The notes under the pieces: model-generated
Database searches by the model: none
Told to the model about the DNA's origin: nothing
What the model saw: the letters and a program-made list of their open reading frames with translations, nothing else
In this document: in pieces, positions 16,687 to 24,897 of the stretch
Layout: the number at the start of each line of letters is the position of its first letter
How positions within the stretch are numbered: the stretch's first letter is position 1
Source: Flavobacteriaceae bacterium
GTDB lineage: Bacteria > Bacteroidota > Bacteroidia > Flavobacteriales > Flavobacteriaceae
Reading direction: 5' to 3'
Assembly: GCA_965224465.1 (NCBI GenBank)
Contig: OZ245049.1
Coordinates: forward strand, 330,001 to 362,000
Length of the DNA: 32,000 bases
Program-made: the position numbers and the translations under genes

Positions 16687-17829
16687 TTAAAACCAAACGG
16701 CAACACCAGCATTAAATGTTTTCTTTGAATCTGCTCCATCAACAGCATTATCAGAAATTTGATAATCTACTTTAAAAGCAGCCCCTTTAGCAACACGGTA
16801 GTTTAAACCAACAAATATGTCTGTTCTATCAAATGCTTTGTTTGCATCAAAACCTTCCGTTGCAGCATGTGTATTGTACGATTCGTAACGAACAAAAGGA
16901 GTTAAACGTTCTACACCTTTCAAGTCAAAACCATAAGCAGCCTCTACATAGAAACCATTCATTTTAGATCCTAAATCTTTACCAGTTAATGTATTGTACG
17001 CTTTTGTTCCTGACAATTTTGTAGCAATATATTGACCTCTTAATTCTAAGTTATTATACTTATAACGTGCATCAAAACCTACCATTGCAACACCAATTGT
17101 AGATGCTTTTTCTGCAGTGTCATCAGTTTGAGTATCACCAAAATAACCAGAAAGACCTAGTCTTAATCCAGCAATTCCATAATAATCTACTTTGGCTGAA
17201 AGGTTTGGAGAAGAAATTTGTGATTTCGCTCCTTTTTGACGTCCTTTTCTCAATCCGTCTGTCCCTCTTAAAAACCCATTTCCTCCTGCGTAAGATTTAA
17301 AACCGTTAAAGATATACGCTTGGTATTTTAAAGATGCAGCATCAATTTTACCAGTTACACCAACACCTACTTCTCTCCAAGTAGTTGGAACGATGTATTT
17401 GTCAACATTTGGACGCTCTACACCATAAAATGTAGTAGGCTCATGATATTCGTTCACAATTCCCATTGGAACTAACATCAAACCTGCTTGTACATTAAAG
17501 TTGTCATTTACTCTGTATTTCAAGAATGCTTGCTCTACATATACTTCTTTTACATGTTCGTATTCTATTTCTGTTAAGAAACTTACTTTATCATTGAATT
17601 TGTATCCTAATAACATTACCAAACGGTGAATGTCTAATTTTCCAACTGCCGAACCATCTGGCTCATTATAGTCTATTTGTCCATACCCTCCAATTACTAA
17701 TCCTTTAGGTAGAGATGTTGCAGTTAGTTTTTCAGCTGAATTTTTTGATAATACTTGGGTAGCGTCGTCTTGTGCATTTACCAATGCTCCAAAACTTAGT
17801 GCTACTACTAATGAAATAATTTTTTTCAT
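16687..17829 (-). CDS. Outer-membrane beta-barrel porin (possibly phosphate-selective porin O/P-like family)
   Basis: 380 aa. The signal peptide is MKKIISLVVALSFGALVNAQ. There is an alternating beta-strand pattern and a C-terminal aromatic residue (AGVAVWF). The family assignment is from memory of similar sequences and is not verified. Confidence 0.75.
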   Translation of the reverse strand: MKKIISLVVALSFGALVNAQDDATQVLSKNSAEKLTATSLPKGLVIGGYGQIDYNEPDGSAVGKLDIHRLVMLLGYKFNDKVSFLTEIEYEHVKEVYVEQAFLKYRVNDNFNVQAGLMLVPMGIVNEYHEPTTFYGVERPNVDKYIVPTTWREVGVGVTGKIDAASLKYQAYIFNGFKSYAGGNGFLRGTDGLRKGRQKGAKSQISSPNLSAKVDYYGIAGLRLGLSGYFGDTQTDDTAEKASTIGVAMVGFDARYKYNNLELRGQYIATKLSGTKAYNTLTGKDLGSKMNGFYVEAAYGFDLKGVERLTPFVRYESYNTHAATEGFDANKAFDRTDIFVGLNYRVAKGAAFKVDYQISDNAVDGADSKKTFNAGVAVWF

Positions 17830-17874
17830 TTACTTTTATTTAGATTTATTTAAAATAGTTTGATTTAATGAGGG

Positions 17875-17905
17875 CAAATATAGTATCCTTTTCTATTTTA
17901 ACAAA
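17875..17905 (-). promoter_or_regulatory. Bacteroidota-type sigma-A promoter for the porin gene
   Basis: The minus strand reads TTTG-N19-TATATTTG, an exact match to the TTTG / TAnnTTTG (-33/-7) consensus. The -7 box ends 45 nt upstream of the ATG at 17829. Confidence 0.6.
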
Positions 17906-17933
17906 ACTTTATTTAGACTAATTTTAAATAAAG

Positions 17934-17947
17934 ATGATATATATCAT
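17934..17947. promoter_or_regulatory. Palindromic candidate operator 1 (ATGATATATATCAT)
   Basis: Perfect 14-bp palindrome with core TGATATATATCA at 17935-17946. It lies about 30 bp upstream of the -33 box of the porin promoter. Confidence 0.4.
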
Positions 17948-18011
17948 ATCGGATTTTTAAAGTAATCCTAGAATCAGGTAAAATAAAAAAAGTAAAAAAA
18001 AACGCAAGAAG

Positions 18012-18023
18012 TGATATATATCA
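18012..18023. promoter_or_regulatory. Palindromic candidate operator 2 (TGATATATATCA)
   Basis: Identical 12-bp perfect palindrome, 77 bp centre to centre from the first. Both are preceded by AAGA. Confidence 0.4.
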
Positions 18024-18108
18024 TGGTACGTAGCCTAAAGTGGTCATACCTTTGTCGTACCTTAAAAGGTATTTGTTAGTTAGTAGTAATTAGGATTTCA
18101 ATCCTTTT

Positions 18109-18142
18109 AAAAGAGCCTTTGTTCACTCATTGGCTCTTTTTT
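18109..18142 (+). terminator. Orphan intrinsic-terminator-like hairpin in the gene-free region
   Basis: AAAAGAGCC (18109-18117) pairs with GGCTCTTTT (18132-18140). The core stem AGAGCC/GGCTCT is followed by T5. No CDS ends nearby on either strand. Confidence 0.5.
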
Positions 18143-18364
18143 AATGTATCAAATTACAGTATTCTACCAACTTAATTCTAACTATTAGCCTTTGAAAGAA
18201 CAACTAATTTCGTAAATCATTAAGCGTCAGTAATTTTCTTGTCCTGAAAAAATTTGTTTTTTAGCCTTAATTTATAGCATAATTTTACAGGTATTATTTG
18301 TTCTGTTTTTGAAAAATATAGCTTCCTTTTTTATGTAGTGTAATTGATACAGCCGTTTGTTTGT

Positions 18365-18402
18365 CCTAATTACAATCTAAAATGACCGATTTAAATAAAT
18401 TT
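18365..18402 (-). repeat. MITE-like repeat, copy E (right-end fragment)
   Basis: The reverse complement AAATTTATTTAAATCGGTCATTTTAGATTGTAATTAGG matches the right ~40 bp of copies B and C. Confidence 0.6.
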
Positions 18403-18534
18403 TTCTCGGATATGAATCTTTTAATGAGGAATTAGTTTGCACAGGGCCGATCTCAAGTATAGAATAAGCTTTTAAAGCATCTCTTGTGTTCTAAATAAGA
18501 AAAATTGATATTTATCTTTTCTAAAAAAAAATAG

Positions 18535-18631
18535 TCAATAACCTCTGGGCAACCCCACGAAACATGTAAAAGAAAAAACCCTTAATTATTTCGATGCAAG
18601 CATTGGGGAATTAAACCTCTAGTGGGATTAA
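18535..18631 (+). repeat. ~100-bp multi-hairpin intergenic repeat, copy G2
   Basis: TCAATAACCTCTGGGCAACCCCACGAAACATGTAAAAGAAAAAACCCTTAATTATTTCGATGCAAGCATTGGGGAATTA... aligns with the reverse complement of 8147..8243. Confidence 0.8.
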
Positions 18632-18890
18632 TACCAAGCATTGTAAAAATTAATTTAGGTAGCCATCTAAATATCAGTTTTTTTCTAGATTTTTTTTAAT
18701 ATTTCATGATTTTATTGCGCATATAATAAAGGTATTTCTTCCTGTAATAAACGGTTAAACACCGTATTTCTTAAAGCGTATTTTTCACTAAAAAAAAAGC
18801 ACCCTTCTTAATCATTCTAAATAATATTTGTTTTTATAATGATTTATTACTACCTTATATGTTCAAATTGCTATTGAAATATTTTTTTAA

Positions 18891-20519
18891 ATGAGTTCTA
18901 CAAAAAGATTTACTGCAGAAAGTATAATCCGCCCATATATGATTGCTTTAATTTCGGTAGTTATTTTTATGGGTTTCGGACTGTTTGTTCTTAGGCAGAA
19001 AGAAAATTTAATACGTGCCCAAGTTTCACAAACTGTATTTGCTGAATATGTCTTAAAGACTAAAAAAGACTATATTAAAACGGCGATAGATAGAAGGATA
19101 AAGGAACTACAGGATGATTATAGTTTTCATAAAAACACTACTGATAGTATACTTTTTAACAGCTTAGCATATCAAAACAGTTTAAAACAGGAGGCTTTGA
19201 ATCGTATAAAAGAAATCTACCTGAAAAAAGGCGGCTATGTTTGGGTGAATGAACTTCTAAAAAATGGTCCAAATGATTATTTTGTAAAACAAATGTACAA
19301 TCCAACAAGGCCTCATATAGATGGTTATCAGTTAAGTTTTAATGAACAGGATACCAAAGGACAATATTTACATAAAATGATATTAGTAGCAGTAAAAGAA
19401 AATGAGAATTCATTTATTAGCTATTGGTGGAAGGAATTAGATTCTGATACCGTTTCTGAAAAGATCTCTTATGTACAATTATTTAAACCATACCATTGGA
19501 TCCTTGGTTCTGGGATTCATCTAGATGAAATAGAGCATTTTAAAATACAATCTCAAACGGAGTTTGATAAACGTTTTTCCTTTTATCAAAAAACCACTAT
19601 TTTCTATGCGCTCATTTTATTTATAGTTATTTCTTTGATTGCTTTTTTACAAAAAAGAAAAATTCAACAATTAATAACTTATTACATTCGTAAAGTAGAA
19701 GATAAAGAAGTGAAATTAATTGATTTTAATAATCAATTAGAAACGAAAGTAAATCATAGGACGAATGATTTATTAAAAACAAATATTGCCTTAGAAAAGG
19801 CAATGATTATAGCAGAAGAGAGCAATAAACTCAAATCTTCTTTTTTAGCAAATATGAGTCATGAAGTACGTACTCCAATGAATTCTATTCTTGGATTTTC
19901 TGATTTATTAACGGATATCGATAATACGCCGGAGCAAATCAAACGCTATGTTGGATTTATCCGAAAATCTGGAGAACAATTATTAGGAACCATCAATGAT
20001 ATTCTAGATATATCTAGCTTAGAGTCCAATCAATTGATCTTAGAAAAACAGGAAGTAAAGTTGTATTTGATGCTCCAAGAAATGTATACTGATTGTTCTA
20101 AAACATATAAAAACCACGATGTTAAATTCCAGCTTTCCTTTCCTGATTCAGAAAAAGATACTTTATGTTACACAGATCCTATACGTTTTAAACAACTTTT
20201 TTATAAACTGATAAGTAATGCGTTTAAGTTCACCTCTAAGGGAACGATTACTTTTGGGTATAGCATGGAACGAGAAAATAAAAATAATTCACTTTTATTT
20301 TTTGTAAAAGATACTGGAATTGGAATTGCAGAAAACAAGCAACATTTAATTTTTAAGCATTTTTCACAAGCAGGAGAAATCGAATATAGACAAGGAAATG
20401 GCATTGGATTAAGTATCTGTAAAGGAATTATTGAATTGATGGAAGGTGACATTTGGTTCCATTCAAAAGAACACGTGGGAAGTACGTTCTATTTTAGAAT
20501 TCCTAGAAGGCTACACTAA
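18891..20519 (+). CDS. Sensor histidine kinase with a periplasmic Cache-like domain (no receiver domain)
   Basis: 542 aa. The N-terminal TM is followed by a ~200-aa extracytoplasmic region with a Cache-like pattern (GGYVWVNE...YWWKE...KISYVQLFKPYHWILGSGIHLDEIEH). A second TM and a coiled coil follow. The HisKA H-box is SFLANMSHEVRTPMNSILGF. The HATPase_c N and G boxes are SNAFKFT, DTGIGI and GNGIGLSI. Confidence 0.88.
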   Translation: MSSTKRFTAESIIRPYMIALISVVIFMGFGLFVLRQKENLIRAQVSQTVFAEYVLKTKKDYIKTAIDRRIKELQDDYSFHKNTTDSILFNSLAYQNSLKQEALNRIKEIYLKKGGYVWVNELLKNGPNDYFVKQMYNPTRPHIDGYQLSFNEQDTKGQYLHKMILVAVKENENSFISYWWKELDSDTVSEKISYVQLFKPYHWILGSGIHLDEIEHFKIQSQTEFDKRFSFYQKTTIFYALILFIVISLIAFLQKRKIQQLITYYIRKVEDKEVKLIDFNNQLETKVNHRTNDLLKTNIALEKAMIIAEESNKLKSSFLANMSHEVRTPMNSILGFSDLLTDIDNTPEQIKRYVGFIRKSGEQLLGTINDILDISSLESNQLILEKQEVKLYLMLQEMYTDCSKTYKNHDVKFQLSFPDSEKDTLCYTDPIRFKQLFYKLISNAFKFTSKGTITFGYSMERENKNNSLLFFVKDTGIGIAENKQHLIFKHFSQAGEIEYRQGNGIGLSICKGIIELMEGDIWFHSKEHVGSTFYFRIPRRLH

Positions 20520-20553
20520 TACTAACAGTACTCATTTTATATTAATTATCAAT

Positions 20554-22167
20554 ATGGATCAGACAAAACCATTTACAGCAAGAAGTATCAGTAGGCCTTA
20601 TTTACTATCGTTGCTTGTTGTAATCATATTTCTTGGGATAGGACCTCTTTTATTACGGTCTATCGAACTAAATTACAGAAAATCCATTGGCTCCAAAATT
20701 TTTAAAATGCATATTTTAAAAAATAAGAAGGAAAAATTAAAAGCAAAAATTGATCAACAACTAAGTAAATTAAAATCGGATTATATTTTATACAAAGAAT
20801 CGACTGATAGTGTAGTATTTTATTCTAATACTTTTCAAACCAAGATTAAAAGGAACAGTTTGCAGTATTTAAAAAATTTAGAAAATGAAATTGGTGGTTA
20901 TATTTGGGTGGAAGAAATAATTAATTATAAAGGAGGAAAAAACTATGCAATACAAGTGTATAGCCCAAATGGTGAAAAAAAAGATGGAGATTCGATAAGT
21001 ACCTTTGAAATAGATGAAATAGGTAATTATTTTTACGAGAAAGAATTGAATGCCATTTACTCAGATCCTCCCCAGTTTTACAGTTACCAATGGAAAAAGG
21101 TAGGTAGCGGTGTTATTGCTAAAAAAATAGGGTATTCTAGATTGTTTAAAGAATTTAATTGGATTATAGGTTCGGGTGTATTTTTAGAAGAAATTGATCA
21201 TTATGATGATCTGTACAGGGAAGAATTTGATAACACGACACGTTTAGATCGAAAAGTGGTCATCCTTTGTTGCATTGTTCTTATACTAATAGCTTTTTTA
21301 ATAGGTTATTTATACAATAAGAAAATAGAAAACACACTCAATTATTATATTCTTGAAGTCAAAGCATCAAAAGTTTTATTAACAGAACAAAACCTTCAAT
21401 TAGAAAAAACAATCAACAAAAGAACCAAAGAACTGTTAGATACTAATAAAAAACTGATTGTATCAAGAGATATTGCAGAAGAAAACAGTCGTTTAAAGTC
21501 TACATTCCTGGCAAATATGAGTCATGAAATTAGAACTCCAATGAATTCGATTCTTGGGTTTTCAGAATTATTAACCATTCCAGATAACACAAAAGATCAG
21601 GTTACTAAATATGTTTCACTTATCACTGTGTCCGGCATGCAATTAATGAATATTATCAACGATATTTTAGATGTTTCTAAAATTGAATCCAACCAATTAA
21701 AAGTATTAAAAGAACCATTTGTTTTAGACGAGGCTCTAAAAGAACTTTTTGAAACACATGCTACTAATTGCATTGTAGATTTTAAACTAGATTTACCCGT
21801 TATAAAGACTCCCATAAATTTAATTACAGATAAGGGACGATTTATTCAAATTATGAATAACTTGATAAGCAATGCAAAAAAATTCACGAAGAAAGGAAGC
21901 ATTGTGATTAGCTATAAAATTAAAGGCGAAAAAAATAAAAAATTCGTTGAATTTATGGTGAAAGATACGGGGATTGGGATTTCAAAAGAGAAGCACCATT
22001 TATTATTCAATCCCTTTTCTCAAGCTACCAATACGGACTACAAAAAAGGAAATGGATTAGGTTTGAGTATTTCAAAAGGGTTGGTAGAAATACTTGGGGG
22101 GAAAATCTGGTTTGAATCCGAACTTAACAAAGGAGCTTCATTTTATTTTACACTCCCACTTGACTAG
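20554..22167 (+). CDS. Sensor histidine kinase, tandem paralog of the upstream kinase
   Basis: The ORF track start at 20446 overlaps the upstream gene. The ATG at 20554 gives MDQTKPFTARSISRPYLLSLL..., colinear with the MSSTKRFTAESIIRPYMIALI of the paralog. The architecture is the same, with H-box TFLANMSHEIRTPMNSILGF. Confidence 0.88.
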   Translation: MDQTKPFTARSISRPYLLSLLVVIIFLGIGPLLLRSIELNYRKSIGSKIFKMHILKNKKEKLKAKIDQQLSKLKSDYILYKESTDSVVFYSNTFQTKIKRNSLQYLKNLENEIGGYIWVEEIINYKGGKNYAIQVYSPNGEKKDGDSISTFEIDEIGNYFYEKELNAIYSDPPQFYSYQWKKVGSGVIAKKIGYSRLFKEFNWIIGSGVFLEEIDHYDDLYREEFDNTTRLDRKVVILCCIVLILIAFLIGYLYNKKIENTLNYYILEVKASKVLLTEQNLQLEKTINKRTKELLDTNKKLIVSRDIAEENSRLKSTFLANMSHEIRTPMNSILGFSELLTIPDNTKDQVTKYVSLITVSGMQLMNIINDILDVSKIESNQLKVLKEPFVLDEALKELFETHATNCIVDFKLDLPVIKTPINLITDKGRFIQIMNNLISNAKKFTKKGSIVISYKIKGEKNKKFVEFMVKDTGIGISKEKHHLLFNPFSQATNTDYKKGNGLGLSISKGLVEILGGKIWFESELNKGASFYFTLPLD

Positions 22168-23025
22168 TTAAGAAAAAATCTTAACAGCTTCATTGTACGC
22201 ACTTTCAAAACTCATGGCTCTAATATCAGTCGCTACTTGTTGTTGATTAAAATAAGAGATCAATTGCTCTGTAGGCATGTTTCCTGTCAAATCATCTTTT
22301 GCCATTGGACAGCCTCCATATCCTTTAATAGCTCCATCAAATCTGCGACAACCCGCCTTATAAGCGGCATCTACTTTTTCGTGCCAGGTAGTAGGTGTTG
22401 TGTGTAAATGTGCACCAAATTCTATATGAGGATATAACGGAATTAAATTTGAAAATAAATACGAGATGGTTTTTCCTTCAGCAACACCAATGGTGTCAGA
22501 CAAAGATAAAATTTGTATGCCCATGTCAATTAATTTTTCGGTCCAATGTGCCACAATATCAACATTCCAAGGATCTCCGTAAGGATTTCCAAATCCCATA
22601 GACAGGTAAGCCACTACTTTTTTGTTTTTCTGACTCGCTAAATTTAATATTTCATCTAAAGATTTTATGGACTCCGCAATTGTTTTATGCGTATTTCTCA
22701 TTTGAAAAATTTCAGAAATAGAAAATGGATAGCCCAAATAATCTATTTCATCAAACTGTAAAGCATCCTTTGCTCCCCGAACATTCGCAACAATAGCAAG
22801 TAGTTTACTCTGCGTTGTACTTAAGTCAAGTTGGTTGAGAACAGCAGCTGTATCACGCATTTGCGGAATGGCTTTGGGAGACACAAAACTTCCAAAATCT
22901 ATGGTATCAAAGCCTACACGTAATAGGGATGTAATATAACGGACCTTATCTGCAGTTGGAATAAAATGACTTCTAATTCCTTGCATAGCATCACGTGGGC
23001 ATTCGATAAATTTTACAGTGTTCAT
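22168..23025 (-). CDS. Hydroxymethylglutaryl-CoA lyase (HMGL-like family)
   Basis: 285 aa. The N-terminus is VKFIECPRDAMQG. The segments LSDTIGVA and GAHLHTTP are typical of the HMGL-like TIM-barrel. Confidence 0.85.
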   Translation of the reverse strand: MNTVKFIECPRDAMQGIRSHFIPTADKVRYITSLLRVGFDTIDFGSFVSPKAIPQMRDTAAVLNQLDLSTTQSKLLAIVANVRGAKDALQFDEIDYLGYPFSISEIFQMRNTHKTIAESIKSLDEILNLASQKNKKVVAYLSMGFGNPYGDPWNVDIVAHWTEKLIDMGIQILSLSDTIGVAEGKTISYLFSNLIPLYPHIEFGAHLHTTPTTWHEKVDAAYKAGCRRFDGAIKGYGGCPMAKDDLTGNMPTEQLISYFNQQQVATDIRAMSFESAYNEAVKIFS

Positions 23026-23055
23026 AGAAACTCAAAGATACAATTTGAAATCAAT

Positions 23056-23685
23056 TTACCCTTCGAAAATAAGGAAAATTGCCATGGTTGTAAATACCAC
23101 AATCTGAATCCATTTTATTCGTTTTTGAAACTGATCATTTTCTTTAAAAAACACTGCAAATCTCCCTGCAAAAACAGAAATTATAGTAAAGAGAAACATG
23201 GCTTGAACCATAAATATTCCACCTAAGATATAAAACTGCAAGACTGTTGACATGTCCTTGCTAAACAAAAAGCCTGGAAAAAATGCGAGAAAAAACAATG
23301 TTACTTTAGGATTCAATACATTCATTATAAATCCTTTTCTCACCAAACTAAACGTTCCTTTTTTGGATGCTAAAACGCCTGTATTCTCCAATACAAGTAC
23401 CGATTTAGACATGTAGATCTGGTAAGCTAAATACAAGAGGTACAAAGCTCCAAATATTTTGATTAGAAAAAATAAGTGTTCGCTTTGCTGAATGATAGCA
23501 GACACACCAAAAGCAACCAAACTTGTATGAACCAAAATGCCCAACACCAAGCCCAAAGCCGTTAAAATACCTTCTTTTTTCCCAAAACTAATGCTTTGTA
23601 ATAAAACAAAAACGATGTCAGGTCCAGGCATCATGGTCAATAAAACCGATGCGCCTAAAAAAGAAAGAAGTAACTCTAGTTGCAT
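23056..23685 (-). CDS. LysE/RhtB-family amino-acid exporter
   Basis: 209 aa with about 6 TM segments. The N-terminal signature is [23 protein letters not shown]. The start overlaps the pyrD stop by 10 nt. Confidence 0.85.
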   Translation of the reverse strand: MQLELLLSFLGASVLLTMMPGPDIVFVLLQSISFGKKEGILTALGLVLGILVHTSLVAFGVSAIIQQSEHLFFLIKIFGALYLLYLAYQIYMSKSVLVLENTGVLASKKGTFSLVRKGFIMNVLNPKVTLFFLAFFPGFLFSKDMSTVLQFYILGGIFMVQAMFLFTIISVFAGRFAVFFKENDQFQKRIKWIQIVVFTTMAIFLIFEG

Positions 23686-24716
23686 TCAGATTTTAAAATT
23701 GCTTTGTTAATTCGTTTCACCAGTCCAGGACCCTCATAAATAAATCCTGTAAAAATTTGGATTAGGTCTGCCCCTGCAGCAATTTTTTCGAGAGCATCCT
23801 TCTCTGAATGAATCCCCCCTACTCCAATAATTGGAAAAGCTTTGTTAGATTTTTCAGCTAAATATTTGATAGTTTGCGTGCTTAAATCTTTTACAGGTTT
23901 TCCGCTCAAGCCTCCATTACCTATTTCTTCCAAACGGCTTTCACTGGTTTTTAACTGACTTCTATCCATAGATGTATTGGAAGCAATTACACCGTCCAGT
24001 TTAGTTTCTGCAATCAATTCAATAATTTCATCCAATTGATTGGTATTCAAATCTGGCGCAATTTTTAGCAATACAGGTCTATATGTATCAAATAGTTGGT
24101 TGGCTTGTTGAATCTTATTTAATAAATTTAACAAAAAATCCTTGTCTTGTAATTTTGCCATGCTCCCCACATTTGGACAACTTACATTGACCACAAAATA
24201 ATCGACATAGGGATGCAAGGTATTAAAGCACGTTGTATAATCAGTTGCATATTGATCTGATGTACTGGAGGTGTTTTTACCGATATTCCCACCTATTAGC
24301 ACCTTATTATTATTGGCTTTTAATTGTTCAACAGCAGCAGTTACCCCCTCATTATTAAATCCCATACGGTTAATTAATGCGCTATCTTCAGTAAGTCTAA
24401 ACAATCTATTCTTTGGGTTTCCTTCTTGTGCTTTGGGCGTTACTGTACCAATTTCGACAAATCCAAAACCAAAATTCGCTAATTCGTTGTACAAAGCCCC
24501 GTTTTTATCAAAGCCAGCAGCGAGTCCTACAGGATTTTTAAAGGTCAATCCAAATAATTTTCGTTCCAATTTTGGATCCTCTATTAGAAATAATTTTCTA
24601 AATACAAAAGCAATACCTGGGATCTTACATAAGATACGGATGCTTGCAAATGTAAAATGATGAATTTTTTCTGGATCAAATAAAAAGAAAAAAGGACGAA
24701 TTATAACTTTATACAT
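23676..24716 (-). CDS. pyrD: Dihydroorotate dehydrogenase (quinone), class 2
   Basis: The ORF track gives 23676..24767. The likely start is the internal ATG at 24716 ([21 protein letters not shown]). Matching segments are [22 protein letters not shown] and GVGGI. Confidence 0.9.
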   Translation of the reverse strand: MYKVIIRPFFFLFDPEKIHHFTFASIRILCKIPGIAFVFRKLFLIEDPKLERKLFGLTFKNPVGLAAGFDKNGALYNELANFGFGFVEIGTVTPKAQEGNPKNRLFRLTEDSALINRMGFNNEGVTAAVEQLKANNNKVLIGGNIGKNTSSTSDQYATDYTTCFNTLHPYVDYFVVNVSCPNVGSMAKLQDKDFLLNLLNKIQQANQLFDTYRPVLLKIAPDLNTNQLDEIIELIAETKLDGVIASNTSMDRSQLKTSESRLEEIGNGGLSGKPVKDLSTQTIKYLAEKSNKAFPIIGVGGIHSEKDALEKIAAGADLIQIFTGFIYEGPGLVKRINKAILKSECN

Positions 24717-24815
24717 GTTTATATTAGTTTTGGCAAAATTAGAAAAAGCCTTTGACATAACAATCAAAGGCTTTTGAATATTCTTATAAAAGATTTAACC
24801 CCTCAATAAGGGCTT

Positions 24816-24897
24816 CATTTCACAAGACTCTGTCTCTATAAAAAATAGAGTCTTTCGAAAGCATCCCTTGCACCCTTGGGGTGAGGCTGTTGATTTA
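24816..24897 (+). repeat. Short MITE-derivative repeat, copy J1
   Basis: CATTTCACAAGAC...CTTTCGAAAGCATCCCTTGCACCCTTGGGGTGAGGCTGTTGATTTAG aligns with 30455..30540. The terminal TTA (24895-24897) is the pheT stop codon. Confidence 0.7.

Noticed and set aside
17934-18023. Repeated palindromes and nearby direct repeats considered as a degenerate CRISPR array
   Set aside because: There are only two short (12-bp) copies, with no regular repeat-spacer periodicity and no cas genes.
17830-18890. Search for tRNA, tmRNA, RNase P, SRP RNA or common riboswitch cores in this and other long intergenic regions (12465..12650, 14657..15314, 27322..27658)
   Set aside because: I found no GTTCGAATC-type T-loops, no GAGGAAAGTCC and no B12, TPP, SAM or fluoride core motifs. 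Visual inspection cannot exclude divergent RNAs, so a covariance-model scan is still needed.
20446-20553. Upstream extension of the second histidine kinase ORF, overlapping the first kinase by 74 nt
   Set aside because: The extension is translated from the other frame of the first kinase's HATPase domain. The ATG at 20554 gives an N-terminus colinear with the paralog.
24717-24767. 17-codon N-terminal extension of pyrD in the ORF track
   Set aside because: Class 2 dihydroorotate dehydrogenases start close to the MYK...RP..F motif. The internal ATG at 24716 fits. The extension is not excluded, only less likely.
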